Shown piece after piece: positions 10,883 to 21,545 of a stretch of DNA of 64,000 nucleotides. Both the position numbers and the translations under genes were made by a program. Positions within the stretch are counted from its first letter, which is position 1. Each line of letters opens with the position of its first letter. The stretch is from an uncultured Ectothiorhodospiraceae bacterium. Its GTDB lineage: Bacteria > Pseudomonadota > Gammaproteobacteria > UBA9214. The stretch covers positions 2,020 to 66,019 of the forward strand of contig CAMYIO010000012.1 in assembly GCA_947258515.1 (NCBI GenBank), in the 5' to 3' direction. The notes beneath the pieces were generated by a model. It ran no database searches and was not told where the DNA came from. It was given only the letters and a program-made list of their open reading frames with translations.

Positions 10883-11548
10883 ATGACCACTGCCGAAGAT
10901 AAAACGTACATCGCGAGGCGATTCCGGGGATTCCTGCCCGTTGTTATCGATGTTGAAACAGCGGGTTTCAATGCGAAACGCGATGCCCTGCTGGAAATTG
11001 CCGCGGTGATCCTGGAAATGGGCGAGAGCGGTATTATTCGTCGCGGCAAAACCATTGCCTGCCACGTGGAACCTTTCCCCGGCGCCAACCTCGACCAGGA
11101 ATCGCTGGAATTTACCGGTATTGACCCCTATCACCCGTTTCGCATGGCCAGGCCGGAGCACGAGGCGCTGGAACATATCTTCAAGCCGGTACGCCGCGCC
11201 GTCAAGGACAGCGGCTGCAACCGTGCCATACTGGTCGGCCACAATGCCGCCTTTGACCTGTCATTCCTGAATGCCGCGGCGACCCGGACCGGCATCAAAC
11301 GCAACCCGTTCCATCCCTTCAGCACCTTTGACACCGTCAGTCTCGCCGCCCTCGCCTACGGCCAAACCGTGCTGGCACGCGCAGTTAAAGCCGCCGGTTT
11401 TGACTGGGATAGTGAAAAAGCGCATTCCGCGGTTTATGATACCGAGCGCACGGCCGACCTGTTTTGCGCGGTTATCAACCGCTGGAATGAATTCAATCCG
11501 CAGCAGTCCGGTAACATAACAGCCATTAAAGCTACAGAAGGTATCTAA
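10883..11548 (+). CDS. rnt: Ribonuclease T
   Basis: [32 protein letters not shown]. Confidence 0.97.
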   Translation: MTTAEDKTYIARRFRGFLPVVIDVETAGFNAKRDALLEIAAVILEMGESGIIRRGKTIACHVEPFPGANLDQESLEFTGIDPYHPFRMARPEHEALEHIFKPVRRAVKDSGCNRAILVGHNAAFDLSFLNAAATRTGIKRNPFHPFSTFDTVSLAALAYGQTVLARAVKAAGFDWDSEKAHSAVYDTERTADLFCAVINRWNEFNPQQSGNITAIKATEGI

Positions 11549-11552
11549 AACC

Positions 11553-12104
11553 ATGCCGCAACCTGAACTACAAGAACAGATCCTGCAAACCCATGCGGGC
11601 CTTATCCACCGTGTCGTCATGCATTGCAACAATCCCGGTTCGGTCCCGGACATGGAGCAGGTGTTGCAAATGGCTGCCGATAATGACTGGACAACCCTGG
11701 TGACCGCCATCCGCGACATCATGTCCGGCAACCGCGAAGAGTCCATGCTGCTGCTACTGGATGATGAAGACCGCGTGATTGTGGAATCGATCCTCAGAGG
11801 CCTGCAGGATCCGGGCACCCTGCCCAGCCTGGAGACCGACATCGATTCCAGCATGGCGGCACCCGGCATAGCCGGCCTGATACATGCATCCCGCAACGGT
11901 AATGCGCAGGCGCTGCAAATCATTGGCAACATGGCGTCACAAATGCTGGAGGCCGGCGGTGACATGGGCATCCTGGCAGGGCGCATCCGCCCGCTGGTCG
12001 AGGGTGAACGCGATGCCGACAAGCTCACGGAAAAGATGGGCGATAAGGGTCAGAAGCTGATGCTGGAAATTATTGAAGAACTGCTTAAGCTTGAAGCGAA
12101 CTGA
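11553..12104 (+). CDS. Hypothetical helical protein with an internal duplication
   Basis: Starts 4 nt after rnt, host-like codon usage; two I..G.R(E/D) segments. Confidence 0.75.
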   Translation: MPQPELQEQILQTHAGLIHRVVMHCNNPGSVPDMEQVLQMAADNDWTTLVTAIRDIMSGNREESMLLLLDDEDRVIVESILRGLQDPGTLPSLETDIDSSMAAPGIAGLIHASRNGNAQALQIIGNMASQMLEAGGDMGILAGRIRPLVEGERDADKLTEKMGDKGQKLMLEIIEELLKLEAN

Positions 12105-12122
12105 AACCTGATTAATATTACC

Positions 12123-12192
12123 TGTAGGAGCGGATCGCATCCGCGAAGGTTTTTTTCATCAAAGCCCTTCGCGGATGCGATCCGCTCCTACA
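12123..12192. repeat. Inverted REP pair (GTAG-type)
   Basis: TGTAGGAGCGGATCGCATCCGCGAA and its reverse complement at 12168-12192. Confidence 0.88.
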
Positions 12193-12209
12193 CCAAATCT
12201 TACTAGAAA

Positions 12210-12530
12210 CTAGGCGTTATCGACGGCCTGCTGGACCATCTTTTGCAAATCACCCTTCTGGTAAAGCTCCAGGGTGATATCACAACCACCGATCAGCTCG
12301 CCATTGATGTACACCTGGGGAAAGGTTGGCCAATTGGCGTAGCGTGGCAGATTCTGGAAAACTTCAGGATCCGCCAGTACGTTCACATGGGCAAACTCCT
12401 GACCACAGGCGGCCAGTGCCTGTGCGGTACGGCTGGAATAGCCACACTGCGGCAGCTGCGGCGTTCCCTTCATGAAAATCACGACCGGGTTTTCCTTCAC
12501 GGTAGTATCGATCCTTTCCATTACATCCAT
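12210..12530 (-). CDS. grxD: Monothiol glutaredoxin Grx4
   Basis: FMKGTP..PQCGYS, WPTFPQ, GGCD. Confidence 0.95.
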   Translation of the reverse strand: MDVMERIDTTVKENPVVIFMKGTPQLPQCGYSSRTAQALAACGQEFAHVNVLADPEVFQNLPRYANWPTFPQVYINGELIGGCDITLELYQKGDLQKMVQQAVDNA

Positions 12531-12617
12531 TCATCTGTCCTCGGTTAAGTACGTTGAATACAGCTTTCAGTATTCAGGTCATTGTAGCCCTGGCCTGGCA
12601 CGATAAAAAGCAACCAT

Positions 12618-14399
12618 TCAAGGGGATTTATCAACATTTCTCTGCAACCAGAACTCCAGCAGGGCGAGGTGCCATAACTTGCTGCCCAACAGCGGCGTAT
12701 GCGCCTCTTCAGGATAATCCAGCAAGGCTCGCACATACGCACGCTGGAACAGTCCACGTTCCCTGCAGGCCCGTGACTCCAGCACCTCGCGCATGAATTC
12801 CAGTACCTTGCCACGCACAAACTTCAGCGAAGGCACCGGAAAATACCCCTTGGGACGATCGATGATCCTGTCAGGCAGCAGGTCACGTGCAATCATCTTC
12901 AATGGATATTTGCCACCGGATTTAAGCTTTATTGCAGACGGCATACGCGCCGCCAGCTGCACCAGTTCCTGGTCCAGGAACGGCACCCGTGATTCCAGCC
13001 CCCAGGCCATGGTCATGTTATCAACGCGCTTTACCGGGTCGTCCACGATCAGTGTGGTCACATCATAGGCCAGCACGCGGTTTATAAACTCTTTTGACTG
13101 AAACCGCGACAGGCCGTGTGCAACACGCGGCGACGTGTAGTCGATCCCATGGTGACCGGAGGTGACCATTGACCTGTATTCTTCATGGGTGCGATCGAAA
13201 TACAGCGGTCGAAAGCGTTCGATGTCAGTGCCGCTCGCTGCCTGCATCTGCTGGTACCAGAAATAACCCGCGAACACCTCGTCGGCGCCCTGCCCGCTCT
13301 GCACCACCTTGACCTGCTGCGAGACACGTTCGCCAAGCAGGTAAAAGGCCACGGCATCCTGACCCACCATGGGTTCTGCCATATTGTCAATGGCCTCCGG
13401 CAAGCGCGAGAGCACCTCCTCGTTGGGCACGGTAAAACGGTGGTGTTGCGTGCCATACAAATCGGCGACCAGATCGGAGCATTCAAACTCGTTGCCCTTC
13501 TCTTCCGGCTCATCTTCAAAACCGACAGAGAAGGTCAGCAGCTCACCGCCTCCGGCTTCTGCCAGCAAGGCAACCAGCAGGCTGGAATCAAGCCCGCCCG
13601 ATAACAGGATACCGACCGGCACATCCGCAATGGCGCGTCGTTTTGTAACCGCCTTCCGCAGGGCATCATGAATCGCATCGATCCATTCCCATTCACTCAT
13701 GTCCCTGTCCAGCGGGGTGGTATCAAGCTGCCAGTAGCGCCTCAGGGTGCGTTCGCCACGCAGACTGAATGTCTGGCTATGGCCGGGGCGCAACTTGCGC
13801 AGCCCCTGCAGCAGGGTTCGCGGTGCCGGGACCACCGCATGCAGGGAGAAATGATGATGCAGCGCAACCGGGTCAATCGCGGTATCAAGATTACCACCGG
13901 CCAGCAAGGCCTGGCTGGTGGACGCAAAGCGCACACCCTGACGGGTAATACTGTAATAGAGTGGTTTAATACCAAAGCGATCACGCGCCATGAACAGTTG
14001 CTGCGTGTTGCTGTTCCAGATAGCGAAGGCAAACATCCCTTGCAGATGCTGCGTGCAGTCCTCTCCCCATTCCGCATAGGCCTTCAGGATAACCTCGCTA
14101 TCGCCGTCTGAAAAAAAACGGTATCCCTTGTGCCGCAACTGTTCACGCAGTTCCGGGTAATTATAAATCGTGCCGTTGAACACCAGCACCAGTCCCAGCA
14201 CGTCATCCACCATGGGCTGACCCGAACGCTCGGAAAGATCAATCACCGCGAGGCGTCGATGACCGAACGCCAGCGGCCCGGAAAAATACTCGCCACTCGC
14301 ATCCGGGCCACGACGTGCCAGTGTCGCGGCCATTCGCCTTAATGCCGCCCTGTCAGGCGCCGTACCGTCAAAACGAAGTTCGCCGCATATTCCGCACAT
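12618..14399 (-). CDS. Asparagine-synthase-family amidotransferase (N-acetylglutaminylglutamine amidotransferase-like)
   Basis: N-terminal MCGICGE Ntn nucleophile, LSGGLDSS, SGQGADE, DDPVKRVDNMTMAWGLE. Confidence 0.88.
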   Translation of the reverse strand: MCGICGELRFDGTAPDRAALRRMAATLARRGPDASGEYFSGPLAFGHRRLAVIDLSERSGQPMVDDVLGLVLVFNGTIYNYPELREQLRHKGYRFFSDGDSEVILKAYAEWGEDCTQHLQGMFAFAIWNSNTQQLFMARDRFGIKPLYYSITRQGVRFASTSQALLAGGNLDTAIDPVALHHHFSLHAVVPAPRTLLQGLRKLRPGHSQTFSLRGERTLRRYWQLDTTPLDRDMSEWEWIDAIHDALRKAVTKRRAIADVPVGILLSGGLDSSLLVALLAEAGGGELLTFSVGFEDEPEEKGNEFECSDLVADLYGTQHHRFTVPNEEVLSRLPEAIDNMAEPMVGQDAVAFYLLGERVSQQVKVVQSGQGADEVFAGYFWYQQMQAASGTDIERFRPLYFDRTHEEYRSMVTSGHHGIDYTSPRVAHGLSRFQSKEFINRVLAYDVTTLIVDDPVKRVDNMTMAWGLESRVPFLDQELVQLAARMPSAIKLKSGGKYPLKMIARDLLPDRIIDRPKGYFPVPSLKFVRGKVLEFMREVLESRACRERGLFQRAYVRALLDYPEEAHTPLLGSKLWHLALLEFWLQRNVDKSP

Positions 14400-14405
14400 G
14401 GGTTG

Positions 14406-15983
14406 TTAATCCTGTTTCAGTTCGCTGGCGCTGGAGTCAGCAGTCACGGCTCCCCAGCCGCCACCACCCGGGGTCGACACGGTGAGGCGCTCACCCGTGG
14501 AAAATTCGGCACTGATCTTACCCGGCAACAGCACCCCGTTGCGACGGTTTTCGCCGCATTGACCGGGCGCGCCCGCCTGCAAGCCCCAGGGAGGGTGGCG
14601 TCGGCGCTCGGTCAGCAGGGTCACCGTGGCCGGGGCCAGGAATTCAAACTCTCTCAGCAGGCCGTCACCGCCGCGGTGTTTGCCGGCGCCTCCCGATCCG
14701 CTGCGTATCTGGTAGCGATGAACCCGCAGCGGGAATTCCATCTCCAGCACCTCGATCGGCGTGTTCAGTGTATTGGTCATGTGCGACTGGGTTGCATCAA
14801 GTCCCGCCTCGCGGCTGCCAGCACCCGTGCCACCGCCCATGGTTTCGTAATAGTCCCAGCTGTGCTCTCCCGCACGCGCACCCATGGCAAGGTTATTCAT
14901 GGTTCCCTGGCTGGCAGCGGGAATACGCCCTGGCAGTGCCTGCGCCAGCGCGCCCATGACCACGTCCACGATGCGGCTGCTGGTTTCCACATTACCGGCC
15001 GCCACCGCGGCAGGGCGTTGCGCATTCACCAGGCAAGCGGGTGGCGCAGACAGGTGGATCATGCGAAAGCTGCCGGCGCAGGCGGGGGTGTGAGCCGGCA
15101 TCAGGCAACGAAATACATAAAAGACGGCGGCCGCGGCAACAGACAGCGGACAATTGATATTACCGGCCACCTGCGCGGCCGTACCGGCAAAATCGACGTT
15201 GATCTCGCCTCGATTGACCCACAGCGTCACTTCAATGGGAATGTCCACCGCACCAAGCCCGTCATCGTCCATGACATCCCGAAAGCGATAGCAACCATCG
15301 GGTATGACACGCATCTCACTGGCCGCGAGCCGTTCGGCATAATCATTCACGGCTGCCAGACCCGTGCAATAGCTGTCGATCCCCATGCCGCGGGCCAGTT
15401 CCAGCAACCGCTCTGCTCCGGCCCGGTTGGCGCTCAACTGCGCGGCCAGATCACCCTCCATCTGCGACGGCCTGGCCGTGGCAGCGACAATATCCCGCAG
15501 CGTGTCGCCGTGCAACACGCCAGCACGCACCAGCAGAACCGGTGAAATAACCAGTCCCTCTTCATCGAGGTGCGTTGATATGGGCATGGAACCCGGTGAA
15601 TCCGCACCGATATCGGCGTGGTGTGCGCGGTTGGCCACGAAGCCAAGGCAGCTATCGCCCAGGAACACCGGTGCAATCAGGGTAATATCGGGCAGGTGTG
15701 TCCCCCCCAGATAGGGGTCGTTCACAATCAGCACATCTCCCGGCGACCACGACGTCCCCGCTACCAGGCCCTGCATGGCAAACGCCATGCTGCCAAGATG
15801 GACCGGGATGTGCGCCGCCTGGGCACAGAGTTGACCCGCGGTATCGAATACGGCGCAGGAGTAATCCAGCCGGTCCTTGATATTGGTGGAAAAGGCCGCG
15901 CGCCGCAGCACGGCACCCATCTCGTCACATACGGCGGTCAGGCGACTGGAAAACAGGCTCAGTTCAATCGAATTCAATGTCAT
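14406..15983 (-). CDS. Hydantoinase B / 5-oxoprolinase family protein
   Basis: FSTNIKDRLDYSCA, HIPVHLGSM, NDPYLGGTHLPD, TPGGGG. Confidence 0.92.
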   Translation of the reverse strand: MTLNSIELSLFSSRLTAVCDEMGAVLRRAAFSTNIKDRLDYSCAVFDTAGQLCAQAAHIPVHLGSMAFAMQGLVAGTSWSPGDVLIVNDPYLGGTHLPDITLIAPVFLGDSCLGFVANRAHHADIGADSPGSMPISTHLDEEGLVISPVLLVRAGVLHGDTLRDIVAATARPSQMEGDLAAQLSANRAGAERLLELARGMGIDSYCTGLAAVNDYAERLAASEMRVIPDGCYRFRDVMDDDGLGAVDIPIEVTLWVNRGEINVDFAGTAAQVAGNINCPLSVAAAAVFYVFRCLMPAHTPACAGSFRMIHLSAPPACLVNAQRPAAVAAGNVETSSRIVDVVMGALAQALPGRIPAASQGTMNNLAMGARAGEHSWDYYETMGGGTGAGSREAGLDATQSHMTNTLNTPIEVLEMEFPLRVHRYQIRSGSGGAGKHRGGDGLLREFEFLAPATVTLLTERRRHPPWGLQAGAPGQCGENRRNGVLLPGKISAEFSTGERLTVSTPGGGGWGAVTADSSASELKQD

Positions 15984-16187
15984 GTGTTTTAGACCGGGCA
16001 AGGCTTCACCTCGCCACAGGGATGTTATTTTAAAGCCATATCTATCAGAGTGTTATCACGAAAGGCAAGTACAATACGGCATATTGCATTGTCACCATGG
16101 CTGCCGTATCCTCCCATTCCCGAGTAATTTAGTCACCTATTTCATTTCCCGCGGGCATAGCCTCTGCGGTCTACCAAGGAGTAAACA

Positions 16188-16772
16188 ATGAATCCGTTAA
16201 CATCTGTACTGGGCACTATTCTTTCAGGCTTCATACTGGCCATACTGATCGTCATGGGCCTTGGCATGTCAGGCCTCAACCTGTGGGCGCTGGAAGTCTG
16301 GTTCCACGTGCTGGCAGGCGTCGTCTGGATCGGCCTGCTGTACTACTTCAACTTCGTACAGGTACCCGCCGTGGGCGAGGCACTGGGCGATGAAGGTGGC
16401 CCGGGTCCTGCCGCAATCAACAAGTATGTGGCCCCGCGTGCCTTGCTGTGGTTCCGCTGGAGCGCCGTTGCCACCTGGGTGACCGGTGCCGCTGCACTGG
16501 AAACCATGGGTATTGGTCTCGTCAATGCCTTCACCCTGCAGGAAGGCGCCGCGGTCATCGGCATTGGTGCCTGGCTGGGGACCATCATGTTGTTCAACGT
16601 CTGGGTACTGATCTGGCCGAACCAGAAGAAGATCCTCGGTATCGTCGATGCCAGCGCAGACCAGATTGCCGCGGCCAAGAAGGTCGCTCTGATGGCCTCG
16701 CGTACCAACACCCTGCTGTCCATTCCCATGCTGATGTGCATGATTGGCCACGGTCACGGTCTTCCCTTTTAA
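16188..16772 (+). CDS. PuuD-family (urate hydroxylase-like) membrane protein, no cytochrome c domain
   Basis: WFHVLAGVVWIGLLYYFNFVQ, WFRW, NVW..IWPNQKK, SRTN. Confidence 0.82.
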   Translation: MNPLTSVLGTILSGFILAILIVMGLGMSGLNLWALEVWFHVLAGVVWIGLLYYFNFVQVPAVGEALGDEGGPGPAAINKYVAPRALLWFRWSAVATWVTGAAALETMGIGLVNAFTLQEGAAVIGIGAWLGTIMLFNVWVLIWPNQKKILGIVDASADQIAAAKKVALMASRTNTLLSIPMLMCMIGHGHGLPF

Positions 16773-16838
16773 ACAGGGGCACCCTTAGCCGATACAGGAT
16801 CATCTCGGTACAAGCAGGTCTGATTGACAGCTGTCATG

Positions 16839-16875
16839 AAGCGCAAACCCGGTCACTGGCCGGGTTTGCGCTTTT
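16839..16875 (+). terminator. Probable intrinsic terminator
   Basis: AAGCGCAAACCCGG-loop-CCGGGTTTGCGCTT followed by T residues. Confidence 0.6.
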
Positions 16876-16957
16876 CAGGCAAGTGGCGATAAAATCAGGG
16901 TCAATGAATGCTGGCAGTCTGTAACGGACTGCCTTTTCTATTTTGGACAAGGTAAAA

Positions 16958-18133
16958 ATGGCAGATCACATCATGTCGACCTACAAGCGTCTTCCGATCC
17001 AGTTTCAACGGGGTGAAGGCATCTGGCTGTGGGATAACGAAAACAGACAATACCTCGATGCACTGAGTGGCATCGCCGTCTGCGGCCTCGGTCACGCCCA
17101 CCCTGCCGTGACGCGGGCGATTTCGGAGCAGGCCGGCCTGCTGGTACATACCTCGAACCTTTACGGCATCGCGTTGCAGGAACAGCTGGCGGACACACTG
17201 TGCGAGCTATCCGCCATGGACCGGGTGTTCTTTTCCAACTCGGGCGCAGAAGCCAATGAAGCGGCCATCAAGATTGCACGCCTCTATGGCCATAGCCGGG
17301 GTATCGATAACCCGGCCATTATCGTCATGGAAAAAAGCTTCCACGGCCGCACGCTGGCGACCCTGACCGCCACCGGCAATCGCAAGGTGCAGGCCGGCTT
17401 TGAACCGCTGGTGCAGGGGTTTATCCGCGTACCCTACAATGACCTGGACGCCATCCGCACCGTGGCTGCAAACAGCAACAACGTGGTTGCAGTACTGGTT
17501 GAACCGATACAGGGTGAAGGTGGCATCAATATTCCGGATGATGATTACCTGCAGGGCATCCGCCGTCTGTGTGATGACAACCACTGGCTGATGATGCTGG
17601 ATGAAATCCAGTCGGGCATGGGGCGCACCGGAAAATGGTTTGCCTGGCAGCACAGCACTGTGCTGCCCGATGTCGCCACCCTGGCGAAGGCACTGGGTAA
17701 CGGTGTCCCCATCGGTGCCTGCCTCGCCAGCGGCCAGGCCGCCTTGATGATGCAGCCGGGCAACCATGGCAGCACCTTCGGCGGTAACCCGCTGGCGTGC
17801 CGCGCGGCCATCGCCGTGCTGGAGGCCCTGAAACAGGAACAACTCGTCACCCATGCCGCCGCACTCGGCACGCATCTACTCGATGGCTTTAACACCGCCC
17901 TGTCCGGCCTCGAGGGGGTCACAGCCATCCGTGGCCGTGGCCTGATGATCGGCATCGAACTGGATCGCCCCTGTGCTGAACTGGTGGGCAGGGCCATGGA
18001 ACAGGGCCTGTTGATCAATGTCACTGCAGAACGCGTTGTACGCCTGCTGCCGCCCCTGATCACCACGGTCAAACAGGCTGATATAATCATCGAACAGGTC
18101 GGTGAACTGATACGCGAATTCCTTACCCCTTGA
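16958..18133 (+). CDS. argD: Acetylornithine aminotransferase
   Basis: [37 protein letters not shown]; directly upstream of argF. Confidence 0.94.
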   Translation: MADHIMSTYKRLPIQFQRGEGIWLWDNENRQYLDALSGIAVCGLGHAHPAVTRAISEQAGLLVHTSNLYGIALQEQLADTLCELSAMDRVFFSNSGAEANEAAIKIARLYGHSRGIDNPAIIVMEKSFHGRTLATLTATGNRKVQAGFEPLVQGFIRVPYNDLDAIRTVAANSNNVVAVLVEPIQGEGGINIPDDDYLQGIRRLCDDNHWLMMLDEIQSGMGRTGKWFAWQHSTVLPDVATLAKALGNGVPIGACLASGQAALMMQPGNHGSTFGGNPLACRAAIAVLEALKQEQLVTHAAALGTHLLDGFNTALSGLEGVTAIRGRGLMIGIELDRPCAELVGRAMEQGLLINVTAERVVRLLPPLITTVKQADIIIEQVGELIREFLTP

Positions 18134-18135
18134 TT

Positions 18136-19038
18136 ATGAGCCACCAGAATTTTCTTACACTGCTTGACCTCGAGCCGGAGACACTCCGTGGCCTGGTTAG
18201 ACGTGCGATCGAGCTTAAAAAACTGCAACAGGCCGGCACTCCGCACGAGACGCTGAAGCACAAGATACTCGCCATGGTGTTCGAGAAATCCTCGACCCGG
18301 ACGCGCATGTCATTCGAGGCCGGTATGGCACAACTGGGCGGCCATGCCATCTTCCTGTCGCCGCGCGACACCCAGCTGGGGCGCGGCGAAACCGTCGAGG
18401 ATTCTGCGCGCGTACTGTCACGGATGGCGGATGTCATCATGATCAGGACCTTCGAGCACGAAAAGATCGAGCGCTTTTCGGCACATTCCAGGGTGCCCGT
18501 CATTAATGCGCTGACCGATCTGTATCACCCCTGCCAGTTGCTGGCGGACATGCAGACCTACTTTGAACAACGCGGTGATATCAGCGGCAAAACCGTTGCC
18601 TGGATCGGTGACGGCAATAACATGTGCCATTCCTACATCAACGCGGCACGTCAATACGGTTTTACACTGAACATTGCCTGCCCGGAGGGATACGATCCGG
18701 AAGCCGGCATCCTGCAGGCCGCTGGCGCCAGCGCGCTCATCATTCGCGATCCGCTCGATGCCGCCCGCAATGCTGACCTGGTGGTTACCGATGTCTGGGC
18801 CAGTATGGGACAGGAAGAGGAGCAGGCAAAACGCGAGCGCGCCTTTGCCGACTACCAGGTGGATAGCCGCCTCATGCAGGCGGCTGCCGGTGACGCGCTG
18901 TTCATGCACTGTCTGCCGGCACACCGCGGCGAGGAAGTGACTGCCGGGGTCATTGACGGACCACAAAGTGTCGTCTGGGATGAGGCGGAAAATCGCCTGC
19001 ATGCCCAGAAGGCCTTGCTTGAATTTCTGCTTCGCTAG
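18136..19038 (+). CDS. argF: Ornithine carbamoyltransferase
   Basis: SSTRT, HPCQ, HCLP, EAENR. Confidence 0.97.
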   Translation: MSHQNFLTLLDLEPETLRGLVRRAIELKKLQQAGTPHETLKHKILAMVFEKSSTRTRMSFEAGMAQLGGHAIFLSPRDTQLGRGETVEDSARVLSRMADVIMIRTFEHEKIERFSAHSRVPVINALTDLYHPCQLLADMQTYFEQRGDISGKTVAWIGDGNNMCHSYINAARQYGFTLNIACPEGYDPEAGILQAAGASALIIRDPLDAARNADLVVTDVWASMGQEEEQAKRERAFADYQVDSRLMQAAAGDALFMHCLPAHRGEEVTAGVIDGPQSVVWDEAENRLHAQKALLEFLLR

Positions 19039-19063
19039 ACAGGCTTGTCAGATTACCAGGACC

Positions 19064-19843
19064 ATGTGCCGACTCGCCGCCTACATTGGACCTGACATCA
19101 CCCTGCAGCAATTTCTGCTGGATCCCGATCACAGTCTCTATAAACAGTCATGGGAACCACGGGAACTGAAGTATGCAAAGTTCAATGCCGACGGTTACGG
19201 TTTTGGCTGGTTCAGCGAGGAAGGCGTACCTTCGACCTACACCTGTATCCTGCCCATCTGGTCCGACAGGAACCTGCCGGCGCTGGCACGCACACTGACG
19301 AACTCCCTGTGGCTTGCCGAGGTACGCAGTGCCACCGCGGGTAACCCGGTGCACCAGTTCAACACGGCACCGTTCTGTGATGAAGAACGGGTATTTGTTC
19401 ATAATGGATTCATACGGGATTTTCATGCGCAGCTGCTGCCGGAAATCACCACCCTGCTGGCGCCGGCGATCACTGCTGAAATCCACGGCAACACGGACTC
19501 GGAATATCTTTTTGCCTTGCTGCGCCAGATCCTGCTGGACAATGATGACCTCGACCTGGCCGGCGCGCTGCTGCAGTTATTCGAATGGCTGGCTGCACGG
19601 CTGACAAAAAAGGAAGCACTGCTGAATATTATTATCAGCGACGGTGACCGCCTGTATGCAAGCCGCCATGGATATAACCATGAATGCGCGTCACTCTATT
19701 ACACCACCGATGACGAACAGTTCCCCGGCGGGCAGCTGATCGCCTCCGAACGTTTCTCTGAGGACAGCTTCTGGCAACCGGTGCCCGAACACCACCTGTT
19801 GATTCTTGACCGCCGCAACCCGCCCGAGTTACTGCCCTTGTGA
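19064..19843 (+). CDS. egtC: Class II glutamine amidotransferase, EgtC-like
   Basis: MCRLAAY Ntn start, NADGYGFGW, HNG, TDSE, IASE; adjacent to an egtB-like gene. Confidence 0.8.
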   Translation: MCRLAAYIGPDITLQQFLLDPDHSLYKQSWEPRELKYAKFNADGYGFGWFSEEGVPSTYTCILPIWSDRNLPALARTLTNSLWLAEVRSATAGNPVHQFNTAPFCDEERVFVHNGFIRDFHAQLLPEITTLLAPAITAEIHGNTDSEYLFALLRQILLDNDDLDLAGALLQLFEWLAARLTKKEALLNIIISDGDRLYASRHGYNHECASLYYTTDDEQFPGGQLIASERFSEDSFWQPVPEHHLLILDRRNPPELLPL

Positions 19844-20994
19844 GTTCAGCGGCACTCCTCAACGAACTGCAACTGGCGCAGGATCTGGTCACGGCGCTGC
19901 TCGAACCACTGGATGATGACAGCCAGCGACTGCAGTACCACAGTGAATTAAGTCCGCTGGGCTGGCACCTCGGTCATTGCACCTATACCGAGTGTTACTG
20001 GCTGCAGGAAATCGTGCTGCAGGACAATCGCTACACGGCCCCGGTAGAGACGCTCTACACGCCCGCCAGGACACCTAAACCCGAGCGTGGCAGACTACTG
20101 CCGCCACTGGACGCCCTGCTGCAGTGGGTACTCAGCATGCAGGCCATGAATCGGGATATCTTGAGTGCGCCCTCTCCGGATCTGCTGCAACATCCATTGA
20201 TGCAGGATGATTACCTGCTGCATTTTCTGATCCAGCATTACAGCCAGCACTATGAAACCATGCTGTCTGCCCTCACACAGCGCGCCCTGCATGAAGACAG
20301 CGGACCCTTTCGTGTGACGACCCCTTTTACCCCGGTGCAGCCAATCACTGACAGCATCAGCATGCAACCCGGCCACTACCGGGTCGGCGGCCGCGCACCC
20401 GTTGCCTGTGACAACGAATTACCGGCACAGCAGGTCATGCTGGGGCCCTACAGGATTGCACGCAATCCGGTCAGCAATGCCGAGTACCTTGCGTTTATGG
20501 ATGACGCCGGCTACAGCACGCAATCACTGTGGAGTGATGCTGGCTGGCAGTGGCGCACACAGGCCATGGCAGGCAGCCCGGATCACTGGCGCCAGGACGA
20601 CGCCGGCCACTGGTACGGCAGCGGTGTACGCGGTGCCTATGAGCTGGACGGCTCGGATGTTGTGCATGGCCTCTCGCATCACGAGGCCAGCGCCTATGCC
20701 GGCTGGGCGGACGCTCGCCTGCCCCACGAACACCAGTGGGAGGTAGCCTGCCGCCTGCACTACCTCGAGCAGACGGGACGTGCATGGGAGTGGTGTCACA
20801 ACCCGTTTTTCCCCTACCAGGGCTTCCAGGCATTTCCTTACGATGGCTATTCCACGCCATCATTCGACAACAGGCACTACACTCTCCGTGGCGGCAGCTT
20901 TCATACCCGCCCCGCCATCAAGCGGGCCAGCTTCAGGAATTTTCATGAACCCTGCAAACGGCATATTTTCGCGGGACTGCGACTGGTATATTGA
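19840..20994 (+). CDS. egtB: EgtB-family sulfoxide synthase (DinB_2 + FGE-sulfatase domains)
   Basis: SPLGWHLGH and QHYSQHYE iron ligands; RLP.E..WE, G.AWEW, RGGS, FAGLR. Confidence 0.8.
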   Translation: MSSAALLNELQLAQDLVTALLEPLDDDSQRLQYHSELSPLGWHLGHCTYTECYWLQEIVLQDNRYTAPVETLYTPARTPKPERGRLLPPLDALLQWVLSMQAMNRDILSAPSPDLLQHPLMQDDYLLHFLIQHYSQHYETMLSALTQRALHEDSGPFRVTTPFTPVQPITDSISMQPGHYRVGGRAPVACDNELPAQQVMLGPYRIARNPVSNAEYLAFMDDAGYSTQSLWSDAGWQWRTQAMAGSPDHWRQDDAGHWYGSGVRGAYELDGSDVVHGLSHHEASAYAGWADARLPHEHQWEVACRLHYLEQTGRAWEWCHNPFFPYQGFQAFPYDGYSTPSFDNRHYTLRGGSFHTRPAIKRASFRNFHEPCKRHIFAGLRLVY

Positions 20995-21002
20995 TGTATT
21001 GC

Positions 21003-21545
21003 ATGAGTGACCCGGATAAGACAGCGGCATCGACGAACACCATTGGCAGGGGCATGGTCATAGCCGCCTGGGTCATATTGCTGGTGCTGCTGACGGTATT
21101 TTTTAATGGCCGCCTGGACAGACAAAACAACCCCAATCGCCAGCTGGCCACGGTAACGACCGACGGTATCCCGGAAGTCAGATTGCAGCGCAACCGTCAC
21201 GGTCATTATGTCGCAACCGGTTTGATTAACGGCCAGGCCGTGGAATTCATGCTCGACACCGGTGCAACCGATGTCTCCGTACCCGCGTCAATCGCGGCAA
21301 AACTGGGACTGGAACGCGGCCGTGCGATGACCTACCAGACCGCCAATGGCACCATCACCGCGTGGCAGACAACACTCGATACCATCCAGCTCGGACCCCT
21401 GCGACTGGGATCCGTGCGTGCCAGCATCAATCCCAACGACAGCAGCGGTGCGGTGCTACTTGGCATGAGTTTTCTCCGCCACCTGGACTTCAGTCAGCAA
21501 GGCAACACCCTCACGCTCAAATACCCGACCAGGGAGATGCACTGA
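21003..21545 (+). CDS. Clan AA aspartic protease (TIGR02281-like), membrane anchored
   Basis: N-terminal TM helix, GHY..G.ING, FMLDTGAT, TANG, LLGMSFL. Confidence 0.9.
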   Translation: MSDPDKTAASTNTIGRGMVIAAWVILLVLLTVFFNGRLDRQNNPNRQLATVTTDGIPEVRLQRNRHGHYVATGLINGQAVEFMLDTGATDVSVPASIAAKLGLERGRAMTYQTANGTITAWQTTLDTIQLGPLRLGSVRASINPNDSSGAVLLGMSFLRHLDFSQQGNTLTLKYPTREMH

